DNA of 64,000 nucleotides from Podarcis muralis (Eukaryota), in NCBI RefSeq assembly GCF_964188315.1, contig NC_135656.1, positions 123,566,001 through 123,630,000 on the forward strand, read 5' to 3'. Under the pieces are notes generated by a model. The model saw nothing but the letters and a program-made list of their open reading frames with translations. It was not told the DNA's origin and did not search any database. Made by a program: the position numbers and the translations under genes. Below, piece after piece: positions 10,516 to 22,253 of the stretch; position 1 is the first letter of the stretch, and each line of letters starts with the position of its first letter.

Positions 10516-13500
10516 CTACATACATTTAAAGGGCTTCTCCACTGTGTGAGATCGCTGGTGTCTTCTAAGAGTTCTACTATCACTTAAACCCTTCCCACAA
10601 TCCATACATTTAAATGGCTTCTCTCCTGTATGAGTTCGTTGATGTGTTGCAAGAGCTCCACTCTGACTGAAACCCTTCCCACAAATACATTTAAATGGTT
10701 TACTCCCAGTGTGACTTTGTTGGTGCACAGTGAGTCTTCCACTACAAATGAAGCTCTTTCCACACTCCAAACATTTATATGGTTTCTCCCCTGTATGAGT
10801 TCGTTGATGTAGAGTAAGACTTCCACTGGCACTGAAGCACTTTCCACAAACCGTACATTTGTATGGTTTCTCACCTGTGTGAGTTCGTTGGTGTCTAGTA
10901 AGTGTTCCATTGTGACTGAAACTCTGTCCACACTCTAAACATTTAAAGGGTTTCTCCCCTGTGTGAGTTCGTAGATGTATGGTCAGTTTTGAAGCTTCAC
11001 TGAAGTTCTTTCCACACTCAATACATTTAAATGGTTTCTCCCCTGTATGAGTTCGTTGATGTGTTGCAAGAGCTCCACTATGACTGAAACCCTTCCCACA
11101 CATACATTTAAATGATTTCTCCCCGGTGTGACTTTGTTGGTGTAGAGTGAGTTTGCCACTACGAATGAAGCTCTTTCCACACTCCAAACATTTATATGGT
11201 TTCTCCCCTGTGTGAGTCCGCTGATGATTTCTAAGCCCTCCACTCTCAGTGAAACTCTTTCCACAATCCATACATTTAAAGGGCTTCTCCCCTGTGTGAA
11301 TTCGTTGATGTATAGTAAGTTTTCCACTCTCACTGAAGCTCTTTCCGCACTCCATACATTTAAAAGGTTTCTCCCCTGTGTGAGTTCGTAGATGTATAGT
11401 AAGGTGTGAACATTGTCTGAAGCTCTTTCCACACTCCATACATCTAAATGGTTTGTTCCCTGTGTGAATTTGTTTATGTACAGTAAGGTTTCCATTTTTA
11501 CTGAAGCTCTTTCCGCACTCCATGCATTTAAAGGGTTTCTCTCCTGTGTTAGTTTGTAGATGGATGCTAAGGTGTTCACTCACACTTAAGTACTTTGCAG
11601 ATGGCCCTTCAATATTCTGATTGCCTCCTCCATCACCTGGTTTAAAGTGGGAGATAAGAAAATATTGCTAAGTATTTAAGGAAGAAGATCAAACCTATCC
11701 ATTCTTAAGGAAATCAGCCCTGAGTGCTCACTGGAAGGACAGATCGTGAAGCTGAGGCTCCAATACTTTGGCCACCTCATGAGAAGAGAAGACTCCCTGG
11801 AAAAGACCCTGATGTTGGGAAAGATTGATGGCACAAGGAGAAGGGGACGACAGAGGACGAGATGGTTGGACAGTGTTCTTGAAGCTACAAACATGAGTTT
11901 GACCAAACTGCGGGAGGCAGTGGAAGACAAGTATGCCTCGGACACGACTAAACAACTAAACAACAACAACAATTTAAGGAAATGAACAAGAGAACTTAAC
12001 ACACAGCAAGACCAACCAGCACCTTCTCTTATTTTAACACTTCCAGCATCCCTCCCTCTTCTATGTACTAAAGTTTCAGGAAAGGAAAGGAAATCTGAAA
12101 ATAGCCTGAAGAACCCTTAGTATCCAGTTCTACCTTCAACTCCCATGTAGCACCGAACACCAAGAAAACCCTTCTATATACAGGTGAGGCATCTATGGCC
12201 CATTCTTCATCTCCCCCCCCCCCCCAAGTGAAAATGCTTGTGTCTGTATTGGGTTTTCTCCTTCCTCCCTGATCTGTAATATCTGGCTGATACATTCCAA
12301 CCCACTGTACACATCACCTAAACCTGCACCAGGATTCTGGAAAAGATGGGCCCTTGTTCTGATCCAAAAGGGCTCTTTTTATATTCCTACACACTGAAAG
12401 GAGACATACAAAGGTACAGCCTCACAGCAAAGTGGAAGTATGTACCTCTGAATTGGTCCAGGACAACATTCCTGTATTTTTCTGTTCCAAGCGAGGAAGT
12501 GAGCTCAGACTTGAGTATCAGAGTCTCTGCTATGTGGAATAAGTAAAGCAGAATCGTTGTTTATGTCATATGTGACTGTAAAAGTATCCAAAATAACCAT
12601 CTTTTGAAGCAGAGACAGTAAAGTATCTGGTGGCCCATTAAAAGCTAATAAATGACGTCGACCAAAAAACCTCTTTGTAGATTTTACAGAGGTTTTTGTG
12701 GGGAATTCATACCACAATATCAGCTTATTTAGAGTTTCCTACAGACAAAACTAGGGATGCGGGTGGCGCTGTGGGTTAAGGCCTCAGCGCCTAGGACTTG
12801 CCGATCGAAAGTTCGGCGGTTCGAATCCCCGCGGCGGGGTGCGCTCCCATCGTTCGGTCCCAGCGCCTGCCAACCTAGCAGTTCGAAAGCACCTTCAGGT
12901 GCAAGTAGATAAATAGGGACCGCTTACCAGCGGGAAGGTAAACGGCGTTCCGTGCGCTGCTCTGGTTCGTCAGATGCAGCTTGTCACCCTGGCCACGTGA
13001 CCCGGAAGTGTCTGCGGACAGCGCTGGCTCCCGGCCTATAGAGTGAGATGAGCGCACAACCCTAGAGTCTGGCAAGACTGGCCCGTATGGGCAGGGGTAC
13101 CTTTACCTTTTTACAGACAAAACTACAGTGCTGTCAGGATTTACTATGCTCCTCTCATACCAAGAAGCAGCAAGCTGGCAGGTTTATTACTCTTAGATTT
13201 ATTGAGTATTTACACAGTAGCTTCAGTCCGAGCCCTCCCAGCTCAGTCCCAATGAGACAGTTGGAACCACTGGATGACACTGTTGATGCCAGCAGGATAT
13301 CCTCCACCGGTTGACCCACCTCCTGTTGGGCTGCTGTTGCGCCTCTACTCTACTCTTCCGCCTACTCCGAGGAGACTAGAGGACAGCCTGCCCCTCCTGC
13401 GCCGAATCTAACAGCGGCAGTTCCTCTGAAGCAGGCTCTGTCTGCCCTGTGCTGTCTAGGGAATTTATAGCCTGCATTCCAGGATGGGAGAGACTTCCAT

Positions 13501-14387
13501 CACTCTTAGTGTGAGCAAGATTCAAGCCTCTACCCTCCTTAGCCTGCCCCGCATTCTTCCCTGGAGTGCACGCAGTCACTCTGGGAAGGGAGGTCCCTGA
13601 CAAGTATTGCTATACACTACAATCTTCAACATCAACTTCATTGGACTGGTCATGTTGTTCAGATGCCTGATTATTGTCTTCCAAAGCAACTATTCTATTG
13701 CCAACTTAAGAATGGAAATTGATAAACTGGTGGATAACAAAAGAGGTTCCAAGAGGGTCTCAAGGCAAATCTAAAAAAAAAAGCAGTATAAGAACAGAAA
13801 ATGGGGAAACACTGGCCAGCAAGTGCTCCAATTGGAAAATAACCTTTACCAAAGGCGTCATGGAAGGATGTGTGGATCCAGAATTGGACTCCACAGTCAC
13901 TTACGGACACACTGTTAAGATCATGTTCATGGAAGACAATCTTATTCGGCTACAAGGGGTCACCAAAGAGGAAGACACGGCATGAATAAATGGCTCAAAC
14001 AGCAGATTCACAACTTCAACGTCTAACAGCCAAGAGGGGGGAAAATGTGCCCTTACCTAGAGAGGCCACCATCTCATAATTCTCCTCCATGACTTCCTTG
14101 TGCAGAGCTCTTTGGCCTGGATCCAGCAGAGCCCACTCCTCCTCCGTGAAAAACACAGCCACCTCCTCAAAGGTCAAGAGGGCCTGGAAGAAGAGGAGGA
14201 AGAAGACAGAGCTTCTCTTAGATCCCCATCATCCCCACTCAACACAGAGGGAGGCTGGGTGGTCCCATCTGTGCCTCTTCCCTCCTCCCTGCTCCCGTTG
14301 CTCTTTCCCTACCTGAGGAAGCTGCCTGGCTCCTCTTTCCACTCCACCTCTGAGAAGAGGCCGTTCAGAGGGGGTCTCGGAGGCCAT
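10516..14387 (-). CDS. KRAB C2H2 zinc-finger gene B, 12 fingers. Exons 14387-14313, 14183-14057 (KRAB-A), 12529-12446 (KRAB-B-like), 11636-10516
   Basis: Same exon sizes (75/127/84 nt) and splice sites as gene A, and an identical KRAB-A protein. ORF 10516..11583 holds 12 tandem C2H2 fingers with TGEKP linkers. Acceptor ccag|GTGAT at 11636 is in frame. Confidence 0.92.
11684..11972 (+). mobile_element. Bov-B (RTE) 3' fragment
   Basis: [25 protein letters not shown]; (CAA)n tail; 9-bp TSD tttaaggaa; empty site in gene A (~475). Confidence 0.92.
12754..13111 (+). mobile_element. Sauria SINE (second subfamily)
   Basis: Full head-to-tail SINE with a perfect 14-bp TSD tacagacaaaacta (12740-12753 / 13112-13125). 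Confidence 0.93.
13132..13602 (-). mobile_element. Solo LTR
   Basis: TGTCAGG...CCTGACA inverted termini; TATAAA (~13465) then AATAAA (~13200) on the minus strand; degenerate TSD agtgc/agtat; absent in the paralog. Confidence 0.75.
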
Positions 14388-14654
14388 TGTGTTGGCAGTG
14401 GAAAAGACGGAGGAGGAGGAGGCGTAAACTGGGCCACTTCTGGGACTCCTCAGCTGTTGCCACGATGTCCATCAATGCAGGGAATAGCTCTGAAAAATGC
14501 AGAAATTATTATTATTATTGACTGAATTTATGTACCGCCCTAGACTAAGAGGTCTGAGAGTGGTTCATAGAAAGGCAGATTTAATTAGGATGGAAGACAT
14601 TTACAAATAGCATACCTTTTACAAATTACAAATACCAACACTAATAAATGAATA

Positions 14655-14886
14655 CAGTGGTGCCTCGCAAGACGAAATTAATCCGTTCCGCGAGTCTCTT
14701 CGTCTTGCGAAGCACGCCTATTAACGGCTTAGCGGCTTTAAGAAAAAGGAAACAAACTCGCAAGAACCCCTATGGGAAGCAAGCCCATAGGGAAATTCGT
14801 CTTGCGGAACAACTCAAAAAACGGAAAACCCTTTCGTCTAGCGAGTTTTTCGTCTTGCGAGGCATTCGTCTTGCGGGGCACCACTG
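14655..14886. mobile_element. Tc1/mariner MITE (CAGTGGTGCC(T/C)CGCAAGACG TIR family)
   Basis: Long TIRs and TA TSD. Same family at 30848-31300. Confidence 0.88.
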
Positions 14887-15150
14887 TACTCATAAATTCT
14901 AATTACAAATGCAAACTAGAAACACATATTATGAAAAATATATGAAATAGTTAGTGAAAGAAATGCACCATGTACCCCAAATTTGGGATTGTTAACAATT
15001 TTCATTGATTAAAATGCTGATTGGAGATATCAGGAACTCATCCTCTATGTTTCAATAGCTGTTCAGAAACTCATTGCTCAAAACTGGAACACTTGAGATT
15101 TTCACAGCTGAAACAGAAAGTATTGAATCTTGGAGCAAGTATTTGTGTAC

Positions 15151-15191
<41 letters not shown>

Positions 15192-15691
15192 CTAAAGAAA
15201 AGGAAGCAGGGACCAGCTCTCCTGTGTGTCCCTTCCAGGGAGTGCAAGGCAGGGAAGTGGAAGAATGTAATCCTTTCTACAGACTCTTGATAATACAATA
15301 AAAATGCCTCAGTCTTTAGGGGACATTCAGCTTCGGATTCTAAAGTTCTAGTATCAAATCCCAAACTCTTAAAGAAGCTTCGCAGAAAGCATTATGGTCA
15401 GTACCTCTGCAGACCTCACTGTTCCTTTCCCCCAAACAGCCACCCAGGAAACCAGTTTCTGACGCTTTGATACATTTAGAATGAAGAAAATGAGGGAAAC
15501 TCCTAAATTATGGGCAGAATTTGCAGTCAGAAGAAAAGCAGTGTCTGGAGGGCACCAGGGTGAAGAAGCTCCATCCAAAGGGAGCAGATGGAAATATTTA
15601 GAGCACTCTATGCGCTAACATGGATTGTAGTTTAGGGGACAGAAATAGGAAGTTCAGTGGCTTCTGGCTCCCTAGTCCTTCCTCTTAGGAA

Positions 15692-15741
<50 letters not shown>

Positions 15742-16590
15742 TTTATCTTCCCTACACTGTGAGGAAGGACAGGAGGAGAAATAATCAGGGGGTCCAAACT
15801 GGGCACAGGGCATCCGTCCTGAGCATGGGGATGGGAGACAGGGTCTCCCTGGTGTAAGCCCAGCACCCGAACTGCAGGGTGGGGAACCTCAGACCCAAGG
15901 GCTAAATTGGCCCTCAAGTCACCTCTCTCTCTCTCTCTGGCCCTCAGGAATTTCTCCAGTGCCACACCCTCTTTCCAACGCTTCCCAGCTGCCTCTTGGG
16001 GGGCTTTTGATTGGCTGGAAAATATCCCTGGAAGGCAGGCAGCTCCTGGACAAAGCTCAGAGTCAGCCCCATAGCCCCACCAACTCTGTCCTCTGCCCCG
16101 CCTATCAATGGAAAGTGGCCCCTGGAAGGCTGCTCAGGAGCGAATGAGGCCCTCAGGCTGGATAATGGTCTCCACCCCTGTGCCAAACATGGAACAGGCT
16201 GTCATCCTGGCCCACCTTGCAGGTTTCTGGTGTGAGCATTGCCCAGGTGGTGGGCTTTAGAAGACCTATAGTGTTAGAAGACCCTCCTGGCAACCTGGAT
16301 GGGGACGAGGCCAGGCAGGAGTGAGGCTGGCAGGACCGGCAGAGAAAGTCCCTCAGCACCTCCGCGCTGGGCCAATCCTGCAAGGCAGGCCAGATCTCCC
16401 ACCCCTGGGAGCTTTGATTCTCCTTCCCGACAAAGTCCCAAGAGGATATCTGGAGAAGCCTCTTTTTGGAAAGAAGGAGCATCAAAAACTCATTCCCCCC
16501 CCCCCCCAGTCCAGCTGGGGAGGGGGCATTTCTTTAATTCCTCCAATCTTTGCCTTGAAGCTTTCTAAAGGGCTCCTAAGACCTTGATCT

Positions 16591-16947
16591 GGGACGCGGG
16601 TGGCGCTGTGGGTTAAACCACAGAGCCTAGGACTTGTCGATCAGAAGGTCGGCGGTTCAAATCCCCGCAACGGAGTGAGCTCCCGTTGCTCGGTCCCTGG
16701 TCCTGCCAACCTAGCAGTTCAAAAGCACGTCAAAGTGCAAGTAGATAAATAGGTACCGCTCCAGTGGGAAGGTAAACGGTGTTTCCGTGTGCTGCTCTGG
16801 TTCACCAGAAGCAGCTTAGTCACGCTGGCCACATGACCCGGAAGCTGTACACCGGCTCCCTCAGCCAGTAAAGCGAGATAAGCGCCGCAACCCCAGAGTC
16901 GGTCATGACTGGACCTAATGGTCAGGGGTCCCTTTACCTTTACCTTT
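16591..16947 (+). mobile_element. Sauria SINE
   Basis: Full length, flanked by accttgat repeats. Empty site in the paralog at ~7185. Confidence 0.92.
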
Positions 16948-17896
16948 AATACCTTGATTAGATTTAAATCCTGTCATCCATGGGCCCATTTCCCTTGCCA
17001 AGCAGGAGGAAAACTGATGAGGTGCTTTTTCAAGCATCAGGAAATGGAAAATGTGCCTCATTCCTATAGTTTTGGGGCACAACAGTAGCACATCAAACCC
17101 TCCCAACATGAGAAACCCAACAAAGCGACCTCAGCCGGCCAGACTAGGCTTTCTGAAAGGGGAGCTGGGGGGCCTCCCCCTTCCTTCTCACATCACTTTC
17201 TTACTAAGGAAGCTCCGGAGGCCGATTTCCCTAGACATTGTCCTCTTCTCACACACACCCCAACTCGAAATCTCCTCCCTCTCTCCCAACCCAGAGGTGA
17301 CTCTGTTCTCCAGCTCTGGGGATAAAAAAGTCACACTCAACCCGCCCCCCCCCCCCCCATGTAAGGCGGTCTCCCATGCACCAAGGCAGACTCCCTCCCA
17401 CCCTCCATATCTCCCACCCCCATACAGGGATGCCAACTTGAACAAAATATTGGGGGCAGTCCTCTCAAATATCTTGGGGGGGGGTTAAGACCCCCTCGGG
17501 CCCCTATGAGTTGGCTCCTATGCTTTCATGATCCCAACTGAGGCAGGGGGCGGCAGATTAGGATTCTGGGGTTCATCCTGCAATGCAAACCTTGTTTGGG
17601 GGAGAGGTGCCCCCCTCCTTGCAGTCAATTGTAGATTACCTCTCCCGGTTCCTAGAGGGAAAGGGGGAGCCCTTCCTTGCTTTCACGCCCCCCCCCCAGC
17701 CTCCCTTCCTCCCTGCTGCCCTGTTTGTAGATTCAGGTGGAATAAAAGCAAATTCGTCTCCCTCCCTGCACCCCAAATCACCCCCTTCCCGAAATGTTGC
17801 ACCTTTCCCCTCCTCCTTTGCAGGCCTCCTTCTCTTCCCGGGATGTGCATGGAGACCCCACCCCTCCAACATTGCCTCTACCCCCCCACCCTCCTC

Positions 17897-17908
17897 CGTC
17901 ACTTCCTG
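17897..17908 (-). promoter_or_regulatory. ETS/half-CRE composite motif in the putative promoter of ZNF gene B
   Basis: CAGGAAGTGACG on the minus strand, conserved between the two duplicate units. Confidence 0.45.
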
Positions 17909-18479
17909 CCTCTCTAGGACCCAGGGGGGGAGGGGGGAGGGACAGGACATTGCCCCCTCCCCCTCCCTGCAAGCAGATTCCTATAAATGTAGTGGGAAGG
18001 AATTCCTCCCCCCCCCCCCATGGAGCCCAGTCTCCCGCATCCTTTTTCTGACCATGCCTGCCCCCCCCCCACGCTGTTAGAAAGGTAGCTGTATAAATGT
18101 TTTGCTTGTAAATAGAGCATGTTTTGTTTATATTTTTTATTTATAAATCCGCTGTGTTACCGGAAATTGGAAGGGGGTTGAGAGACCTCGCTCCCCCGCC
18201 CGCCCCCCCGCACACACTATGAGGCAAAGACAAATATAACAGTTCACTGATAAATGTATCTATGTACTGGCTCCCTCGGCCAATAAAGCAAGATGAGCAC
18301 CGCAACCCCAGAGTCGGCCACGACTGGACCTAATGGTCAGGGGTACCTAAGGCAGTTGCAAGTGCCCACCCCTCTCCCTACTGCTGCTTATGGCTAAAAG
18401 CAGAGTGCCCCTTTCCTGTCCCTCCCCACCGCAGTTGCCTTCCAGGGCAGCCTTTGGTGCAAGCTGCCATGCGGTGGCA

Positions 18480-18968
18480 GGAGGGATATTATTTATACTC
18501 CTGTTTCCCCAGCCACTCTGGGCAGCTCCCAACAGAATATTAAAAACACAATAAAACATCAAACATTAAAAACGTCCCTAAGCAGGGGTGCCTTCTAAAA
18601 GTCAGGTAGTTGTTTATTTCCTTGACATCTGGTGGGAGGGCGTTCCACAGGGCGGGCACCACCACCGAGAAGGCCATCTGCCTGGTTCCCTGTAACTTGG
18701 CTTCTCGCAGTGAGGGAACCGCCAGAAGGCCCTTGGAGCTGGACCTCAGTGCCTGGCAGAGCAATGGGGGTGGAGTTGCTCCTTCAGGTCAACTGGGCCG
18801 AGGCCGTTTAGGGCTTGCAAGGTCTTGCTGCTGCTGCTGCGCTGCTGGCACACGATTTCCATTCTCATCCTGGGGCAAAGTTCTCAACTCGAGGTAACTC
18901 TTCCAGGTTAGCGGAGTTTGTAACCTGAGGCATTTGTAACCTGAGGTGTTTGTAACTAGAGGTACCAC

Positions 18969-18970
<2 letters not shown>
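18480..18970. mobile_element. L2 3' remnant (minus) fused to a partial Tigger-like MITE
   Basis: L2 tail similarity at 18480-~18815; MITE right half with ggtaccacta terminus at ~18826-18970. Confidence 0.7.
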
Positions 18971-19010
<40 letters not shown>

Positions 19011-19018
19011 CGCGCGCG
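18971..19018. repeat. (TG)n-(CG)n alternating purine-pyrimidine tract (Z-DNA prone)
   Basis: Directly visible. Confidence 0.9.
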
Positions 19019-19074
19019 CTCACCAACACCACGCCTTTGGGTAGTGCATCAAAATTAAAATAATTGAAACTGAA

Positions 19075-19350
19075 ATACTTTATTGTCACTTGTACAACTT
19101 GTATACAGTGAGATTACATGAGCAACCCCCACTCAGCTCTCTTAGTCTTAATTCCCCTCGTTTACTGACGCACACCCACCAAACCCGAAAGTCAGTTGCC
19201 CTGTTCTTATCTTTTCATTCAGCAGCCTAACAGCCCACGGATAGAAGCTGTTCTTTACCCTGTTGGTGCGACTAATCATGCTTCTAGATCTTCTGCCTGA
19301 GGGCAGGAGATCAAAAAAGTGCCAGCCAGAGTGCGCAGGAACTCAATATT
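19075..19350 (-). mobile_element. Rex1/Babar LINE 3' remnant
   Basis: The minus frame reads HFFDLLPSGRRSRSMISRTNRVKNSFYPWAVRLLN, the characteristic Rex/Babar C-terminus. Confidence 0.75.
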
Positions 19351-19493
19351 TCTCTCTCTTTAGAAATCAGGGTTGGTTTCCAATATGTGCATGTTGTAGA
19401 AAGTGTTTTTTTAAATGCTAGCCGTGCCTATGAAGGATTGTTCCTGCGTTTCCTAAGGAGAAGACAGGACCATAGAATTGTAACATTGGAAGG

Positions 19494-19693
19494 GCACGGA
19501 AACGCCGTTTAGCTTCCCGCCAGAGCGGTACCTATTGATCTACTTGCACTTTGACATGCTTTCGAATTGCTAGATTGGAAGGAGCAGGGACTGAGCAACA
19601 GGAGCTCACCCCGTCGTGGAGATTCGAACCGCCGACCTTCTGATTGGCAAGTCCTAGGCTCTGTGGCTTAACCCACAGCACCACCCACGTCCC
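19494..19693 (-). mobile_element. Sauria SINE 5' half
   Basis: tRNA-like head, 3'-truncated. Confidence 0.85.
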
Positions 19694-19719
19694 GTAGATG
19701 GTGGTTAGCAAGTGTTTTA

Positions 19720-21370
19720 TCTGGAGATAGTGTCATTGGGCATTTGTAGGTAATCTGTATTTGTCTCTTAAGATGGAATATGTATAAAATTCATCCTCTT
19801 CATTTATCCACTGGTCGAACGTTAATATACCCAAATTCATCCACCTCTTCCATACGACCATTTATTTCCCAATTTTTAAAGACGGGTTTCCCCATAAAGT
19901 CATTTTGTCGTGGGAGAAAATGTCAAATATGTATTTTTTTGACATTTGGTGTCATATCGTTCAAACTGATGTTATTGTTTCAATAGCATCTTGAGAATTA
20001 ATGTATATAGACCCAAGTGCTGCCCGTCTTTCTAAAGGTGCTACTTAAGAATATTCCAACGTAGCCCAATTTGGACAGTTGTTTTCAGTTATGGGTCTTC
20101 AGAATTGTGTACCTGACAGAAAATATGCTTGATGATACAATTCTAAGTCTGGGATCCCAAATCCTCCTTCTTTTATCAGTATTTGCAATTTTTGCATAGA
20201 TATTCTTGGAACCGAAGAGCCCCAAAGGTATTTTCTGAACAAAGATTCAATTTTGAGAAAGTATTTGCTCAGTATGTGAATTGGAATTCCTCTTAAGATC
20301 TAAACTAGTCTAGGTATTATGTTGAATTTAAGAGCATTGACTTTCCCCCACAGAGTCAGGTTCAATGACTCCTACCTGTCGATGTCTATTGATACCTCGT
20401 GATATATTTTGTTGATGTTTAATGACACAAGTCTCATGGCATTAATATATATAGGTATTTAATGTTGTCTTTGCAAATTTGAAATTTGTATTGTTTAAAC
20501 GGTTGAACCAAAAAGTTATTTCCTATTAACATCAACTCAATTTGGACCAGTTTATAGTGTATCCAGATATATTACCCAAAAATCTATATTTTGCATTAAT
20601 TTTGGAACAGTACTGTGAGATTTCGTGATAAACAGAAGAATATCATCTGCAAACATTACCAATTTGTTTTCAAGTGAGTTATTAATTACACCAAAGATTT
20701 CCTTATGCTGTCTAATAGTACATGCCAGGGGCTCCAAACAGATATTAAAAAGCAAAGGCAAAAGTGGGCAGCATTGCCTAGTACCTCTGGATAATGTGAA
20801 AGGTGCAGAGATTATGCTGTTTGTCTTAACACTAGATGTAGGGAAGCAATATAATATGTTTATCCATTTTATAAAGTCTAATGGTGTTATGTACTGTGTT
20901 GAAGAGGATCCAAATTGCAGCAGTCGGATTGGTCGTAGAACAATAGGATTCAGAATGCAGCAGTCTGGTTGGTCCGCAGGAGCCACCCAGTGCAACTCCA
21001 GGTGGAAGTGAATCCGCAACCTGATTGGCCTACAGTAGAATCCCGGAATTAGCCAATCACGTGGGGGCCCTAGTATAAATAATGTATATAAAGCAGACAT
21101 TTCAGGGGAACTTCCATTCCTCACTACTATGAGCTGAATAAAGAGCATGAAATCCACACTCGACTCCGAGTTTATTTCAAATGGGAAATCAATTTTTTGT
21201 AGTACTTTTTCTATATATAGTTTGTGGACCTTATCAAAAGCTTTTTCTGCATCTAGAGATATTATAGCTAAAGAGTCACTGTTCCTGTTTAAATATATCA
21301 AATCCACTACCAGCCTGATGTTATCTGCAGCTTGTCTCGTCTTTATAAAGTTTCTTTGTTAATCCTAACG
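19720..21370 (-). mobile_element. L1-clade LINE RT remnant
   Basis: ISLDAEKAFD, RGTRQxCPL, FADDILLF and downstream GGFGIP motifs; interrupted by a solo LTR. Confidence 0.82.
20885..21179 (+). mobile_element. Small solo LTR (295 bp) inside L1
   Basis: TG...CA termini, perfect 5-bp TSD aatgg, multiple CCAAT boxes, TATA, AATAAA. Confidence 0.85.
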
Positions 21371-21428
21371 AAATTTCAGATGCCCCCCCCCTGTTGGGGG
21401 CATTGGACATTTTTTTTCAGAAAACTGT

Positions 21429-22253
21429 TGTCAGAGCTGCCCTAGGTCCCAGCTCACAAAGGACCCACGCCAGTTCGTTGTTATATAAAACAGTCTTTAT
21501 TGAAGCTCAGTTCCGCTTTCACAGCCACAGCGCGCAGCTCTACGTCTCAAACTCTAGACCGCCGAAGCTCCGTCTGAATCTCCTCCCCCCAGACACCAGT
21601 TTAAGACTCTAGCCTTGCTCCACCTCTTCCGTTGCTCTCTTCTCCTCTGGGCCCGCCTGTCCCCTGGGGTCTCGCCTCTCCTAGACTCTTCTGACACTGA
21701 GTCTCCTGAGTCCTCCCCCTCCCTCCGGCGGGCTTTAGGACCTGGTTCCCAATCTGGGTTTCCTGCTGTGCCGCGCGCCTGTACATTCGAACTTGGCGCG
21801 CGCGCCCAGCCAGCCACCTTCCTCCTGACCGTTACACTGCTCCTGTCACTGCTTCCCCCTTCGGGGAGGCTAGCTGCACCTGACTCTCCCTCCGTTCCCT
21901 CACTCTGCGATGGAGGCGTGGCCACTCCTGACTCATCTTCTCTCCCTGCTGGAGGAGAAGCTGGCCCTGATACATGTGACTCTTCCCCCTCACTACGCTC
22001 TGGTGGAGGAGCTGGTCCTGCTCTCCCGCTGCTGCTTTGGGAGTCCCCGCTGGTCCCTTGCTTCTGGTGTGTCCCCCCTGGGACCCCCCTTGCCCTGGCC
22101 ATCGGTGCCCCCCTCTGGGAATCTTCTGATTCGCTGGAGAGACTCATGGAATCTCTCGGGCCACTTTCATACTCCCCTACGCTGCCCTCAGATTCTTCCC
22201 CTTCGCTCTCCATCTCCTCTCTCCCCTGTGCCTCTGCTCCTGAGCCCCTGACA
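21429..22253 (-). mobile_element. Solo LTR (825 bp) with an open U3 reading frame
   Basis: TGTCAG...CTGACA termini, perfect 5-bp TSD actgt, AATAAA at 21496-21501 (minus). ORF 21554..22324 spans most of it. Confidence 0.85.

Larger units (their letters stand above)
1..18030. repeat. Tandem segmental duplication of the KRAB-ZNF unit (~1-8250 vs ~11200-18030)
   Basis: Collinear intronic and upstream similarity (e.g. 880-1320 vs 12290-12730; 2060-2740 vs 13870-14520; 7060-7440 vs 16460-17170; 7800-8240 vs 17580-18020) with copy-specific insertions. Confidence 0.88.

Noticed and set aside
10584-11579. Alternative-frame ORFs over the finger exon (115 aa, 198 aa; also 147..374)
   Set aside because: Off-frame read-through typical of repetitive C2H2 codons.
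12754-12830. tRNA gene (also at 16591, 1945 and 19693)
   Set aside because: These are tRNA-derived heads of Sauria SINEs, followed by SINE body, tail and TSD.
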